Shown in pieces: positions 1-9,518 of a stretch of DNA of 31,651 nucleotides. This DNA comes from a virus (Duplodnaviria; Caudoviricetes). The position numbers and the translations under genes were made by a program. Within the stretch, counting starts at the first letter, position 1, and every line of letters starts with the position of its first letter. The notes below the pieces were generated by a model. It made no database searches. It was not told the DNA's origin and saw nothing but the letters and a program-made list of their open reading frames with translations. The stretch covers positions 1 to 31,651 of IMG/VR virus record IMGVR_UViG_3300049436_000058. The stretch is one strand, 5' to 3'.

Positions 1-60
1 ATCAAATTTTTTCGTGCGGGAGATATGGGGGGAGGGGGTACCCCATAGGGGGGGGTGCAA
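1..60. other. Possible packaging (cos-proximal) region upstream of terS
   Basis: T-tract followed by several G runs and the palindrome GGGGTACCCC (35-44) directly upstream of a P27-type terS, where cos sites of HK97-like phages usually lie. The cut site itself is not identifiable. Confidence 0.35.
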
Positions 61-90
61 GCGTCTGCACACCACTGGAAGGAAGCCACG

Positions 91-645
91 ATGGGAAAAC
101 CCGGACCGAAGCCGCTGCCAGCGAACGTGCACATGCTGCACGGTAATCCCAGCAAGAAACCGCTCGGCGCGCTGTTCGACGAGCTGCGCCCAGAAGTAGA
201 GATGCCGGACGCTCCGAGCTGGATGTGGGCCGAGGCGAAGAAGGAGTGGAAGCGGGTCTCGGCCGAGCTGCTGCGGTATGGCCTGGTGTCGAAGCTCGAT
301 CGCGCCGCCCTGGTGCTGTACGTGCAGGCCTGGGCGAAGATGGTGTGGGCAGAAAAGCAGCTGGCGCGCGCGATGAAACTCGCCGAGCAGAAGCGCATCG
401 AGGCCGAGGCCGCCGGCCAGGAATACGACGGCGGCGACGGCATCATGGTGAAGACCGCTGGCGGAAACTTCACCTATTCGCATCATTGGGTGGTTGGGCG
501 GCACGCCGCCACCGAAGTCAATCGTTACCTGGCCCTGTTCGGGCTGTCGCCCAGCTCGCGCTCCCGCGTGAGCACCAGCGACAACCGGCAGGGCTCTTTG
601 TTTGGCGAACCGGCAGGAGAGGACGAGTGGAACAAGGTGAGCTGA
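91..645 (+). CDS. terS: Terminase small subunit, P27 family
   Basis: N-terminal GPKPLP..HMLHGNPSKK, 'AKKEWKRV' and C-terminal 'FGLSPSSRSRV' motifs. ATG at 91 after GGAAGGAAG is preferred to 55. Lies directly before terL. Confidence 0.92.
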   Translation: MGKPGPKPLPANVHMLHGNPSKKPLGALFDELRPEVEMPDAPSWMWAEAKKEWKRVSAELLRYGLVSKLDRAALVLYVQAWAKMVWAEKQLARAMKLAEQKRIEAEAAGQEYDGGDGIMVKTAGGNFTYSHHWVVGRHAATEVNRYLALFGLSPSSRSRVSTSDNRQGSLFGEPAGEDEWNKVS

Positions 646-2345
646 CCTTCGGCGAGATCGCGACGCAGTACGCGCGCGACGTTGTCGAGGGGCGCATTCC
701 GTCCTGCCGCTGGCACTTCCTCGCCTGCCAGCGCCACCTCAAGGACCTCGATCGCGCTGTCACCGAAGCCTTCCCCTACCTCTTCAACCCGGAGATCACC
801 AGCCTGGCCGGTAGGTCCTACCGGCCCGCCGAGCGCGTCTGCCACTTCGCGCAGCTGATGCCGCACGTCAAGGGCGACTGGGCTGCGCGTGGCATGCTCA
901 TCAAGCTGGAGCCGTGGCAGGTGTTCGTGTTTGCCAGCATCTTCGGCTGGGTGCACATGGTCACGTTCAAGCGGCGCTTCCGCTCAGCCGACCTCATCCT
1001 TCCGCGCAAGAACGCGAAATCGACGAAGGCCGCCATTGTTGGCTTGTACATGCTCGCGCTCGACGACGAGTTCGGCGCCGAAGTCTATTCCGGCGCCACC
1101 TCGGAGGGCCAGGCCATGGAGGTCTTCCGCCCGGCGCTGCTCATGGCGCGCATGACGCCGAAGTTCCTGCAACGCTACGGTGTCACGGCCAATGCCAGCA
1201 ACCTGGCGGTCGTCGAGAAGAATGCGAAATTCGAGCCGGTGATCGGCAAGCCCGGCGACGGCGCCTCGCCGAGCTGCGCGATCGTCGATGAGTACCACGA
1301 ACACAAGACGCCGGATCTCTACGACACCATGAAGACCGGCATGATGGCGCGCCGACAGCCGCTGCTGCTCGTCATCACCACCGCCGGCAGCGACATCGGC
1401 GGCCCGTGTTACATGCACCAGGTCGAGCTGCAGAAGGTTCTCGAAGGCACCATCGAGAACGACCAGCGCTTCGGCATCATCTTCACCATCGATGCCAAGG
1501 ACGACTGGGCGACCGAAGCGGCGCTGATCAAGGCCAACCCGAACTTCGGCGTATCGATCGACCGCGACATCATCCTGGCCGATCTGCGCGATGCGCTCGC
1601 GGATCCGCGCAAGCAGAACACCTTCAAGACCAAGCACCTCAACGTCTGGGTGGCCGCCGCCTCCCCCTGGCTCAACCTGCATAACCTTCAGCAGCGCGGC
1701 GATGCCGCGCTCACGCTGGAATCCTTCGCCGGCGAGAAGTGCGTCGTCGGCCTCGACCTCGCCAGCAAACAGGACATCGCCAGCGCCGTGTTCGAATTCA
1801 AGCGCCAGATCGACGGCGAGACGCACTACTACGCCATCAGCCGCAACTACGTCCCGCAGGCGGCCGTTGACAAACCCGAGAACGCCCACTACCAGGCCTG
1901 GGTGAACGCCGGTCACCTCATCGTCACGCCGGGCAACATGATCGACCTCGAGCACATCCAGGAAGACATCCTCGCCGCCGCCGGCCAGGTGGTCATCCGC
2001 GAAGTCGTCAAAGACCAGTGGGGCGGCCAGCAGCTCGGTGCCAACCTCGCCACCGAGGGCTTCGAAGTCGTGGATCTGCCGCAGCAAACCCGCTATCTCA
2101 GCGAACCGATGAAAGACCTGCAGGCCCTCGTCGATGCCGGCCGCTTCCACCACGATGACAACCCCTGCTATGTCTGGCAGATGAGCAACGTCGAAGTCGC
2201 GCCCGACCGCAACGAGAACATCTTCCCGCGCAAGCAGCGGGCCCAGAACAAGATCGACGCCGCCGTCGGCACCATCCTGGCGCATGCGCGGTCGATGGTG
2301 CCCGGCCAACAGGAAGCATCCTTCTGGGAAACGGAGACCGCCTAA
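627..2345 (+). CDS. terL: Terminase large subunit
   Basis: Walker A PRKNAKS, Walker B AIVDEYH, ITTAG coupling motif, nuclease motifs GLDLAS and KIDAAV. Start reassigned to GTG 627 (AGGAG upstream); the 225 extension overlaps terS. Confidence 0.95.
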   Translation: MEQGELTFGEIATQYARDVVEGRIPSCRWHFLACQRHLKDLDRAVTEAFPYLFNPEITSLAGRSYRPAERVCHFAQLMPHVKGDWAARGMLIKLEPWQVFVFASIFGWVHMVTFKRRFRSADLILPRKNAKSTKAAIVGLYMLALDDEFGAEVYSGATSEGQAMEVFRPALLMARMTPKFLQRYGVTANASNLAVVEKNAKFEPVIGKPGDGASPSCAIVDEYHEHKTPDLYDTMKTGMMARRQPLLLVITTAGSDIGGPCYMHQVELQKVLEGTIENDQRFGIIFTIDAKDDWATEAALIKANPNFGVSIDRDIILADLRDALADPRKQNTFKTKHLNVWVAAASPWLNLHNLQQRGDAALTLESFAGEKCVVGLDLASKQDIASAVFEFKRQIDGETHYYAISRNYVPQAAVDKPENAHYQAWVNAGHLIVTPGNMIDLEHIQEDILAAAGQVVIREVVKDQWGGQQLGANLATEGFEVVDLPQQTRYLSEPMKDLQALVDAGRFHHDDNPCYVWQMSNVEVAPDRNENIFPRKQRAQNKIDAAVGTILAHARSMVPGQQEASFWETETA

Positions 2346-3587
2346 GTGTTCAACTGGTTGCCCTGGCGCAAGAAGGATGTCTCGTACAGTGACGACAGCC
2401 TGCCGGAAGTCCTGAAATCCATCTTCGGCGGCGGTGCGATCTCCAAGTCCGGCGCCTCGGTCAACTGGAACACCGCGCTGCAGGTCTCGACCGTGCTTGC
2501 CTGCGCGCGTGTTATCGCCGAAGGCATCGCCCAGGTGCCGCTGAAGGTGTTTCGCGAGACGGGGCGCAATCGGTTGCCGGCTCGCGACCACGCGCTCTAC
2601 CAGGTGCTGCACCGCCGCCCGAATTCGTGGATGACCAGCTTCGAGCTGCGCGAGACGATGGGCCTGCACGTCGTGCTGGCCGGCAATGCCTTCGCCTTCA
2701 TCAACCGTGTCGGGCGGGAAGGGCGGGTCGCCGAGCTCATCCCGCTTGAGCCCGGCAACGTCACGCCGGTGCGGGCGCCGGACTTTTCCGTCAGCTACAA
2801 GGTGCGCGGCAAGAATGGTGAGGTGCGGGAATTTCCTGCCGAGGCGATCTGGCACTGGAAGGGCCCGTCCTGGACGGGCGCCGGCGGCCTGGATGCCGTC
2901 AGGCTCGCCCGTGAAGCCATCGGCCTCGCTCTGTCGACGGAAGAACATCATGCCAAGCTGCACGCGAACGGCGCGCGCGCCGGCGGCGTGCTTTCCGTCG
3001 AGGGCACGCTGAGCGAGCCGCAGTACAAGCAGCTCAAGGAGTTCGTCGAGCGGAACCACCAGGGCGCCACGAACGCATGGCGCACGATGATCCTCGATCG
3101 CAACGCGAAGTGGCTGCAGACAGCCCTGAACGGCGTGGACAGCCAGCACCTTGAGACGCGGCGTTACCAGGTCGAGGAGATCTGCCGCTTTTTCCGGGTC
3201 ATGCCGATCATGGTCGGCTACTCCGACAAGGCCAGTACCTACGCCAGCGCCGAGCAGATGTTCCTGGCGCATGTCGTGCACACGCTGTCGCCGTGGTACG
3301 AGCGCATCGAGCAGTCCATCGACTGCTTCCTGCTGAGCGAGATCGACATCAAGGCAGGTTACTACGCCAAGTTCGTCGTCGCCGGCCTGTTGCGCGGCGC
3401 GCTGAAGGACACGGCCGAGTATCTGAGCAAGCTCACCACCAACGGCATCCTCACGCGCAACGAGGCGCGCGAGAAGCTGGAATACAACCCGCTCGACGGC
3501 CTGGACGAGCCGCTTACCCCGGCCAACATGACCGTCGGCGCCGAACCGCCGGACCCCGAGAAGGAAGGAGCCCTCAATGGAGCGTAA
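2346..3587 (+). CDS. Portal protein, HK97 family
   Basis: ALQVSTVLACARVIAEGIAQVPL, RPNSWMTSFE, EICRFFRV and GILTRNEARE motifs; follows terL. Confidence 0.95.
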   Translation: MFNWLPWRKKDVSYSDDSLPEVLKSIFGGGAISKSGASVNWNTALQVSTVLACARVIAEGIAQVPLKVFRETGRNRLPARDHALYQVLHRRPNSWMTSFELRETMGLHVVLAGNAFAFINRVGREGRVAELIPLEPGNVTPVRAPDFSVSYKVRGKNGEVREFPAEAIWHWKGPSWTGAGGLDAVRLAREAIGLALSTEEHHAKLHANGARAGGVLSVEGTLSEPQYKQLKEFVERNHQGATNAWRTMILDRNAKWLQTALNGVDSQHLETRRYQVEEICRFFRVMPIMVGYSDKASTYASAEQMFLAHVVHTLSPWYERIEQSIDCFLLSEIDIKAGYYAKFVVAGLLRGALKDTAEYLSKLTTNGILTRNEAREKLEYNPLDGLDEPLTPANMTVGAEPPDPEKEGALNGA

Positions 3588-4230
3588 CCATTACGATTGC
3601 CCGTTCGAAGTCAAATCCGTCAAGGAAGACGGCACCTTCGCCGGCTACGGCAGCGTGTTCGGAAACATCGACTCCTACCAGGAGATCGTCCTGCCCGGCG
3701 CCTTTTCCGAGTCTCTCGCCGCGCAGCAGTCCCTCGGGCGGCTGCCGGCCATGCTCTGGCAGCACCGCTCCGGCGAGCCCATCGGCATCTACACCGTCAT
3801 GCGCGAAGATGCCGTCGGCCTGCACGTCGAAGGCAAGCTCGCGCTCAAGACCGGGCGCGGCCAGGAAGCGCACGAGCTGCTCAAAATGGGCGCGCTCTCC
3901 GGCCTCTCCATCGGCTTCGTCACGCGCGAGGACATCTACGACAAGGTCACCGGCATCCGCACCCTGAAGAAGGTCGACCTGTGGGAGGTCTCCCTGGTCA
4001 CCTTCCCGGCCAACGATGCCGCCCGCGTTTCGGCGGTGAAGACCATCGAATCCATTTCCAGCCTGAGCGATGCCGAGCGCTACCTGCGCGATGCCGGCGG
4101 TTTCTCGCGCGCCCAGGCCACGGCTCTGCTGAGCCGTCTCAAGTCCCTCTCGGGTCAGGGCGAGCCTGACGCGGCGCTGGGCGAACTGAAGCAATCCCTG
4201 CTCACCCTGCAGCGGCGCATCGCCGCCTGA
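3577..4230 (+). CDS. Prohead maturation protease, HK97 family
   Basis: FAGYGSVF, MLWQH, GLSIGF and LWEVSLVTFPAN motifs. Confidence 0.95.
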   Translation: MERNHYDCPFEVKSVKEDGTFAGYGSVFGNIDSYQEIVLPGAFSESLAAQQSLGRLPAMLWQHRSGEPIGIYTVMREDAVGLHVEGKLALKTGRGQEAHELLKMGALSGLSIGFVTREDIYDKVTGIRTLKKVDLWEVSLVTFPANDAARVSAVKTIESISSLSDAERYLRDAGGFSRAQATALLSRLKSLSGQGEPDAALGELKQSLLTLQRRIAA

Positions 4231-4250
4231 TTATTCGATAGGAGAACCAC

Positions 4251-5486
4251 ATGTCGGACATTTCCGAAGTCAAAGACATCGTCAAGGCCCTCAACGAGAC
4301 CTTCGACACTTTCAAAAAGACCAACGACGAGCGCCTGGCCAAGATCGAAAAGGGCCAGTCGCCCGCCGACCACGAGGCCAAGCTTGCCGCCATCCAGGGC
4401 GACATCGCCAAGCTGCTCGACCTGAAGAAGGACATAGAGAAGCTGGAGGCCAAGGCCAACCGCCTGTCCCTCGGCGGCGCCGGCCAGGACATCGATCCGG
4501 CCAAGGCCGAATACCGCGAGGCCTTCGTCGGCCGCTTCGTCCGCAAGGGCGACGACCAGGGCATGGCCGACCTGCAGCGCAAGGCCATCAACATCGGCAC
4601 GCCGGCCGATGGCGGCTACGCCGTACCCGAGCAGATCGATCGCGAGATCGAGAAGCTGGCGCGCAACATCAGCCCGATCCGCAGCATCGCCAAGATCGTC
4701 CAGGTCGGCACCAGCGACTACAAGAAGCTGGTGAACGTGAACGGCATCGCCAGCGGCTGGGTCGGCGAGACCGACGCGCGCACCGCCACCGCCACCTCGC
4801 AGCTGGCCGAAGTCATCCCGCCGATGGGCGAGCTCTACGCCAACCCGCAGGTGACGCAGCAGGCGCTCGACGACATGTTCTACAACGTCGAGGCCGACCT
4901 GATCGAGCAGCTCGCCGAGGAGTTCGCCGTCGCCGAGGGCACCGCCTTCGTCACCGGCAACGGCACCAACAAGCCGAAGGGCTTCCTCGCCTACACCACG
5001 GCGGCCACCGCCGACGGCGCCCGCGCCTTCGGCACCCTGGAGCACATCGCCACCGGCGTGGCCGGCGACTGGGCGGCCAGCAACAAGGGCGACGTGCTGT
5101 TCGATGCGGTCTCCAAGCTCAAGCAGGCCTACCGCGCCGGCGCCAACTGGGTCATGGGCAAGAGCATCCTGTTCGAGATCCTCAAGTTCAAGGACACCAC
5201 CGGGCAATACCTGTGGCAGCCCAGCCTCACCGAAGGCATGCCCATCCGTCTGCTCGGCTTCGGCGTGACCGAGGCTGAAGACATGCCGGTCAAGGCCGCC
5301 AGCTCGCTGTCGGTCGCCTTCGGCAACTTCAAGCGCGGCTACACCGTGGTGGATCGCGTCGGCACCCGCATGCTGCGCGACCCCTACACCAACAAGCCCT
5401 ACGTCGGCTTCTACACCACCAAGCGCCTCGGCGGCGGCGTGGTTAACTCCGAAGCCATCAAGCTGGTGAAGTTCGCGGTCGCGTAA
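4251..5486 (+). CDS. Major capsid protein, HK97 fold
   Basis: N-terminal coiled-coil delta domain, DGGYAVP, WVGE, AFVTGNGTNKPKG, KDTTGQYLWQP and FGNF motifs; strong RBS (AGGAG). Confidence 0.96.
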   Translation: MSDISEVKDIVKALNETFDTFKKTNDERLAKIEKGQSPADHEAKLAAIQGDIAKLLDLKKDIEKLEAKANRLSLGGAGQDIDPAKAEYREAFVGRFVRKGDDQGMADLQRKAINIGTPADGGYAVPEQIDREIEKLARNISPIRSIAKIVQVGTSDYKKLVNVNGIASGWVGETDARTATATSQLAEVIPPMGELYANPQVTQQALDDMFYNVEADLIEQLAEEFAVAEGTAFVTGNGTNKPKGFLAYTTAATADGARAFGTLEHIATGVAGDWAASNKGDVLFDAVSKLKQAYRAGANWVMGKSILFEILKFKDTTGQYLWQPSLTEGMPIRLLGFGVTEAEDMPVKAASSLSVAFGNFKRGYTVVDRVGTRMLRDPYTNKPYVGFYTTKRLGGGVVNSEAIKLVKFAVA

Positions 5487-5507
5487 GCCATCCTTCAGCG
5501 CAGCGAT

Positions 5508-5538
5508 CGGGGCGGTCTTCGGGCCGCCCCGTTTTTTT
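5508..5538 (+). terminator. Intrinsic terminator after the capsid gene
   Basis: Stem CGGGGCGGTC / GGCCGCCCCG with a TTCG loop, followed by 7 T. Confidence 0.85.
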
Positions 5539-5548
5539 GGAGAGAGCC

Positions 5549-5755
5549 ATGTCAGAAAAGAAAATCACCCTCAAGGTCGTCAAGGATTTCCGCTTCGCCC
5601 ACGGCGGCCACCGCGTCGTCGAGTACAAGAAGGGCGAGATCGTTGAAGTCGACGCCGACTGCGCCGAAGTCGCCCTCGAAGAGAAGTGGGCCGAGAAGTC
5701 CAAGGCCGCCGCTCCCGAGAACAAGGACGCCGGCGCCGCTCCCGAGAACAAGTAA
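5549..5755 (+). CDS. Small phage hypothetical protein (head region)
   Basis: 68 aa from ATG 5549 with GGAGAG RBS; phage-like codon usage; C-terminal AAPENK duplicated. Confidence 0.8.
   Translation: MSEKKITLKVVKDFRFAHGGHRVVEYKKGEIVEVDADCAEVALEEKWAEKSKAAAPENKDAGAAPENK
5707..5752 (+). repeat. 19-bp direct repeat, period 27
   Basis: CGCCGCTCCCGAGAACAAG at 5707-5725 and 5734-5752. Confidence 0.9.
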
Positions 5756-5778
5756 TACCGCCCCCTAGGAGTCCCCCA

Positions 5779-6291
5779 ATGACCCACCTCCTCAAATCCC
5801 TGCGGCTTTTCGCCGCGCTGCTCTTCGCCGTCGTCGCGCTGCCGGCCCACGCCGGCGCGCTCACCGACTTCGCCGAAAACAAGATCGTCGACGCGCTGAT
5901 CCGCGGCCAGGCCATCGGCGCGCCTGCCACCTGGTACGTCGCCCTCTACACTGCCTGCCCGACGGACAGCACGGCCGGCACCGAGGTCACCGGCGGCAGC
6001 TATGCGCGCGTGGCGGTCACCGCCGGCCTCACGCAGTGGGCCGGCACGCAGAGCGCCGGCAGCACCACGGCCAGCTCCGGCACGGGCGGCACCACCAGCA
6101 ACAACGCCACGATCACATTTCCAGCGCCGACGGCCAACTGGGGGACCGTCACCTGCTGGGGCCTGACCGACGCCTCCACTGCGGGGAACATCTGGGTCTT
6201 CTCCGCGCTGACGGTGAACAAGACCATCAACAACGGCGACGCCGCGCCTTCGTTCGCTGCGGCTGCGGCGACGTTCCAGATCGACAACTAA
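5779..6291 (+). CDS. Putative virion accessory protein with an N-terminal signal peptide
   Basis: AGGAG RBS before ATG 5779. Body (YVALYTA.P....GTEVTGGSYARVAV, ITFPAPTANWGTVT) matches a common phage structural family. Residues 1-25 look like a Sec signal ending AHA. Confidence 0.75.
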   Translation: MTHLLKSLRLFAALLFAVVALPAHAGALTDFAENKIVDALIRGQAIGAPATWYVALYTACPTDSTAGTEVTGGSYARVAVTAGLTQWAGTQSAGSTTASSGTGGTTSNNATITFPAPTANWGTVTCWGLTDASTAGNIWVFSALTVNKTINNGDAAPSFAAAAATFQIDN

Positions 6292-6297
6292 GTCTCG

Positions 6298-7143
6298 ATG
6301 CTCCTCCTCGCCAGCACCGCCGACCTGCTGCGGATCGTCACCTCGGCGGCCGTCACCGTCGACGTGCACGCCTCATGGGTCGACCTGAACGGCTCGACCG
6401 TCACGCCGGGGCGTGCCAACACGGCCATCAGCACCGCCGCGACCACCACCGTCGTCCCCTCGCCGGCCGCCAGCACTTACCGCACCGTCAAGTCGCTCAC
6501 GGTGAGGAACCGCCACGCCACCACCGCGCAGGACGTGACGGTCAACCATACCGACGGGACAACCTCGGCCGAGCTGATCAAGGTCACCCTGGCCGCCGGC
6601 GAGTGCCTGCACTACCACGAAGCCGCCGGCTTTTGGATCTCAGATGCCTTCGGCCGCGTCAAGACCAATATCAACAACAACGGCAGCGGCGCGGCGGTCA
6701 ATGCGCTCAATCTGGTGGTACTGGCCAGCGACGTGACGAACAACAACGCTGTGGCGAACACCATTGCCGATGTCACCGGACTATCATTCTCGGTGACCGC
6801 CGGTGAGACTTACCATTTCGAGTTCTTCATCCCATATACCTCTGCCGCGACAACGACGGGATCACGCTGGTCGGTTTCAGGGCCGGGTTCTCCGACGATG
6901 TTGAATTACACCAGCCAATACACGCTGACGGCGACCACGCTGACTAGCAACTACGCCACCGCCTACGACATCCCGGCCGCGTCGAACGCATCGAGCCTGA
7001 CAGCCGGAAACATTGCATGGCTTGCTGGCATCATCAAACCGAGCGCGAACGGCACGGTGATCGCGCGCTTTGCCAGCGAGGTGGCATCGAGCGCCATCGT
7101 CGCCAAGGCCGGCGCGCTGCTCAAGTGGTACAGGACACTGTGA
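6298..7143 (+). CDS. Putative virion accessory/fibre protein
   Basis: 281 aa, Thr/Ala/Ser-rich beta-type sequence; C-terminal 'ADVTGLSFSVTAGETYHFEF' as seen in phage fibre domains; lies in the head module. Confidence 0.65.
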   Translation: MLLLASTADLLRIVTSAAVTVDVHASWVDLNGSTVTPGRANTAISTAATTTVVPSPAASTYRTVKSLTVRNRHATTAQDVTVNHTDGTTSAELIKVTLAAGECLHYHEAAGFWISDAFGRVKTNINNNGSGAAVNALNLVVLASDVTNNNAVANTIADVTGLSFSVTAGETYHFEFFIPYTSAATTTGSRWSVSGPGSPTMLNYTSQYTLTATTLTSNYATAYDIPAASNASSLTAGNIAWLAGIIKPSANGTVIARFASEVASSAIVAKAGALLKWYRTL

Positions 7144-7147
7144 CGCC

Positions 7148-8131
7148 ATGATCGGCTTCTTCGACCTCAACGCCCTGCCGGAAGGCTGGTTCGCGCCAGA
7201 GCTGCAGCCGGCCGGCTGGTTCGACGAGGATCTGCTCGATGCGGCTGGCGGCGGAGGCGCGGCCGCGCTCGAAGGCGCCGCCCAGGCGCAAGCCAGCGCC
7301 TCCGCCGCGCTCACCACGCTGATCCAGCTCCTCGGCGCGGCTGGCGCCCAGGCCACCGCCACCGGCGCACTCACAGCGCAGATCCGCCTGGTCGGCGCCG
7401 CCGTATCCCAGGCACTGACTTCTGCCGGACTCACGACGGGCATCCCGCTGCTGGGCGCGGCCTCGGCCCAGGCGCTCGCCACGGCCGGGCTGACGGCGCA
7501 GATCCGGCTCGCCGGCGTCGCGCTGGCGCAGGCTTCCGCCACCGGCGCGCTGACCACGCCGATCCCGCTCGATGGCGCCGCCTTGGCCGTGTCCAGCGCC
7601 GGCGGCGCACTCACTGCGCAGATCCGCCTCGCAGGCGCCGCACTGGCGGCTGTGGCTGCCGCTGCAGGGCTGACAACGGGCATCCCGCTGGACGGCAACG
7701 CCCAGGGCCAGGCCGATGCCGCTGGTGCCTTGACGACGGGCATTCCGCTGGTCGGTGGCGCCGTCGCCCAAGCCACGGCATCCGCCACGCTCCTGGCCGA
7801 GTTCGGCCTCGCCGGCGAGGCCGGCGCCGTGGCGATCGCCACCGGCAGCCTGACGGCGCAGATCCGCATCGAGGGCGCCGCCCTGGCGCAGGCCCTCGCC
7901 GCCGGCAGCCTGACGACCGAGATCCCGCTGGCCGGCGCCGCGATCGTGGCTGCATCGAGCACCGCCGCCCTGCGCGCCGGTCGCAGCGCGCCGCCCGGCC
8001 CGGGCGCCCCGTCGCGGCGCACCGAGACGGCCCGTCCGGTCAATGTTCAGACCGCCGGCCGCCCGCTGCAGACGTCTGCAACGCACCGCCCCTTCGGCGC
8101 GAGCGGATCGCGCCCGCGCCAACTGCACTGA
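7148..8131 (+). CDS. Ala/Gly-rich repeat protein, putative head fibre
   Basis: ATG 7148 just after the upstream stop; 12 tandem 20-aa repeats. Confidence 0.7.
   Translation: MIGFFDLNALPEGWFAPELQPAGWFDEDLLDAAGGGGAAALEGAAQAQASASAALTTLIQLLGAAGAQATATGALTAQIRLVGAAVSQALTSAGLTTGIPLLGAASAQALATAGLTAQIRLAGVALAQASATGALTTPIPLDGAALAVSSAGGALTAQIRLAGAALAAVAAAAGLTTGIPLDGNAQGQADAAGALTTGIPLVGGAVAQATASATLLAEFGLAGEAGAVAIATGSLTAQIRIEGAALAQALAAGSLTTEIPLAGAAIVAASSTAALRAGRSAPPGPGAPSRRTETARPVNVQTAGRPLQTSATHRPFGASGSRPRQLH
7268..7987 (+). repeat. 12 x 60-bp degenerate coding tandem repeat
   Basis: Unit LxGAAxAQAxAxGxLT(AQIR/TGIP), with unit endings mostly alternating. Confidence 0.9.
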
Positions 8132-8138
8132 GGGAACC

Positions 8139-8708
8139 ATGAGCCTGAAACTCATCACGCCGCCCGCCGCCGAGCCGGTCACGCTGATCGAGGCCAAAGC
8201 GCACCTGCGCGTCAGCATCAGCGACGACGACACCCTGATCGGCATGCTGATCAAGGCCGCGCGCGAGGCCTGCGAGCACGAACTCGGCCGCGCCCTGATC
8301 ACGCAGACCTGGGAGTTGGCGCTCGATGTTTTCCCGGAAGGGTTCCGCCTCCCGTATCCGTCGGTGCAGAGTGTGGCGAGCGTCAAGTATGTCGACCCCG
8401 ACGGCACCCTGCAGACCCTGGCCGACACCGAATACGCGCTGGATAACCACAGCGAGCCGGCTTACCTGGTGCCGGCTTATGGCAAGGCCTGGCCGGCCAC
8501 CCGCGCCGAGCCGAACGCCGTGCGCGTGCAATACCTCGCCGGATTCGGCGACGCCGGCACCGACGTGCCGGAAGTCCTTCGCCAGTGGATCCTGCTGCAG
8601 GCGGCGCACTGGTACGGCAGCCGCGAAGCGGCCAGCGCGACGCGGCTCGAAAAGACGCCCTACGTCGACAGCTTGCTCGACCGCTACCGGGTGTACTTGT
8701 TCGCATGA
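8139..8708 (+). CDS. Head-tail connector (gp6-like adaptor)
   Basis: PPAAEPVTLIEAKAHLRV, GRALITQTW, VPEVLRQWILL...WY..RE motifs. Confidence 0.9.
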   Translation: MSLKLITPPAAEPVTLIEAKAHLRVSISDDDTLIGMLIKAAREACEHELGRALITQTWELALDVFPEGFRLPYPSVQSVASVKYVDPDGTLQTLADTEYALDNHSEPAYLVPAYGKAWPATRAEPNAVRVQYLAGFGDAGTDVPEVLRQWILLQAAHWYGSREAASATRLEKTPYVDSLLDRYRVYLFA

Positions 8709-9040
8709 TCGCCGCCGGCAGCCTCAACCAGCGCGTCACCCTGCAGCAGAAGAGCGTAACGCGCAACGCCATCGGCGAGGAGGTCGTCACGTGGCCGGAT
8801 GTGGCGACGGTGTGGGCCGAAGCCTGGCCGCTGCGCGGCCGGGAGTTCTTCCAGGCCCAGCAAACACAGTACGCCGCCGACGTGCGCTTTCGCCTGCGCT
8901 ACCGTGCCGACGTGCAGGCCGCCAACTGGCGCGTTGTGTGGAACAGCGAGCCCTACGACATCGTGTCGTTGATCGACGTGGCGGCGCGGCGCGAAACGAC
9001 CGAGATCCTGGCGGTGCACGGAGTGCGCGATGGCCGATGA
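8705..9040 (+). CDS. Head closure / head-tail adaptor protein
   Basis: AGSLNQRVTLQ, W.DVATVWA...PLRGREF, FRLRYR motifs; ATGA overlap with the upstream gene. Confidence 0.9.
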   Translation: MIAAGSLNQRVTLQQKSVTRNAIGEEVVTWPDVATVWAEAWPLRGREFFQAQQTQYAADVRFRLRYRADVQAANWRVVWNSEPYDIVSLIDVAARRETTEILAVHGVRDGR

Positions 9041-9518
9041 TTTTGAAGTAAGGCTCGCTGGCGTCGACGAGCTGAAAGCCGCCCTACGCGGCCTGCCGGA
9101 GAAGTTGCGAAAGCGCGTGTTGCTGGGCGCCCTGCGCAAGGCGGCGCGTGCGATATCGAGCGAGGCAAAAACCTTGGCGCCGGTCTTGAAAGTGGCAAAG
9201 TCCGGCCGCACGCCGGGCACGGTGCGCAAGCGCATCGCCGTGCGCGCGTCGAAGTTCGCCCGCCAGGCGGGTGATGTTGGCGTGTTCGTCGGGGTCAAGC
9301 CGTTGCGCGGCGGGGCCGATGCGCGGCGCTACGGAAAGGCCGGCGCGAAGAACCCGCACGATCCGTTCTATTGGCGTTTCGTGGAGTTCGGCACGAAGAA
9401 AATGGCGGGGCGTCCCTTCCTGGCGCCGGCCGCGAAAAGCAAGGGCGACGCTGCCATCGCCACCTTCCTGCGGGAAGTCGTGCCGCAGATCCAGAAACTC
9501 AACCGGAAAGACACATGA
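9030..9518 (+). CDS. HK97 gp10-family tail component
   Basis: FYWRFVEFGTKKMAGRPFLAPA signature. Confidence 0.9.
   Translation: MADDFEVRLAGVDELKAALRGLPEKLRKRVLLGALRKAARAISSEAKTLAPVLKVAKSGRTPGTVRKRIAVRASKFARQAGDVGVFVGVKPLRGGADARRYGKAGAKNPHDPFYWRFVEFGTKKMAGRPFLAPAAKSKGDAAIATFLREVVPQIQKLNRKDT

Noticed and set aside
225-626. N-terminal extension of terL
   Set aside because: Overlaps terS, is Arg/Gly-rich noise, and a GTG with a good RBS exists at 627.
984-3281. 765-aa minus-strand ORF (similarly 16594-19071, 23438-25063, 27966-29702)
   Set aside because: Shadow frames opposite well-supported genes; expected in GC-rich DNA and without recognisable motifs.
7268-7987. CRISPR array
   Set aside because: Repeats are degenerate, in-frame coding units without unique spacers.
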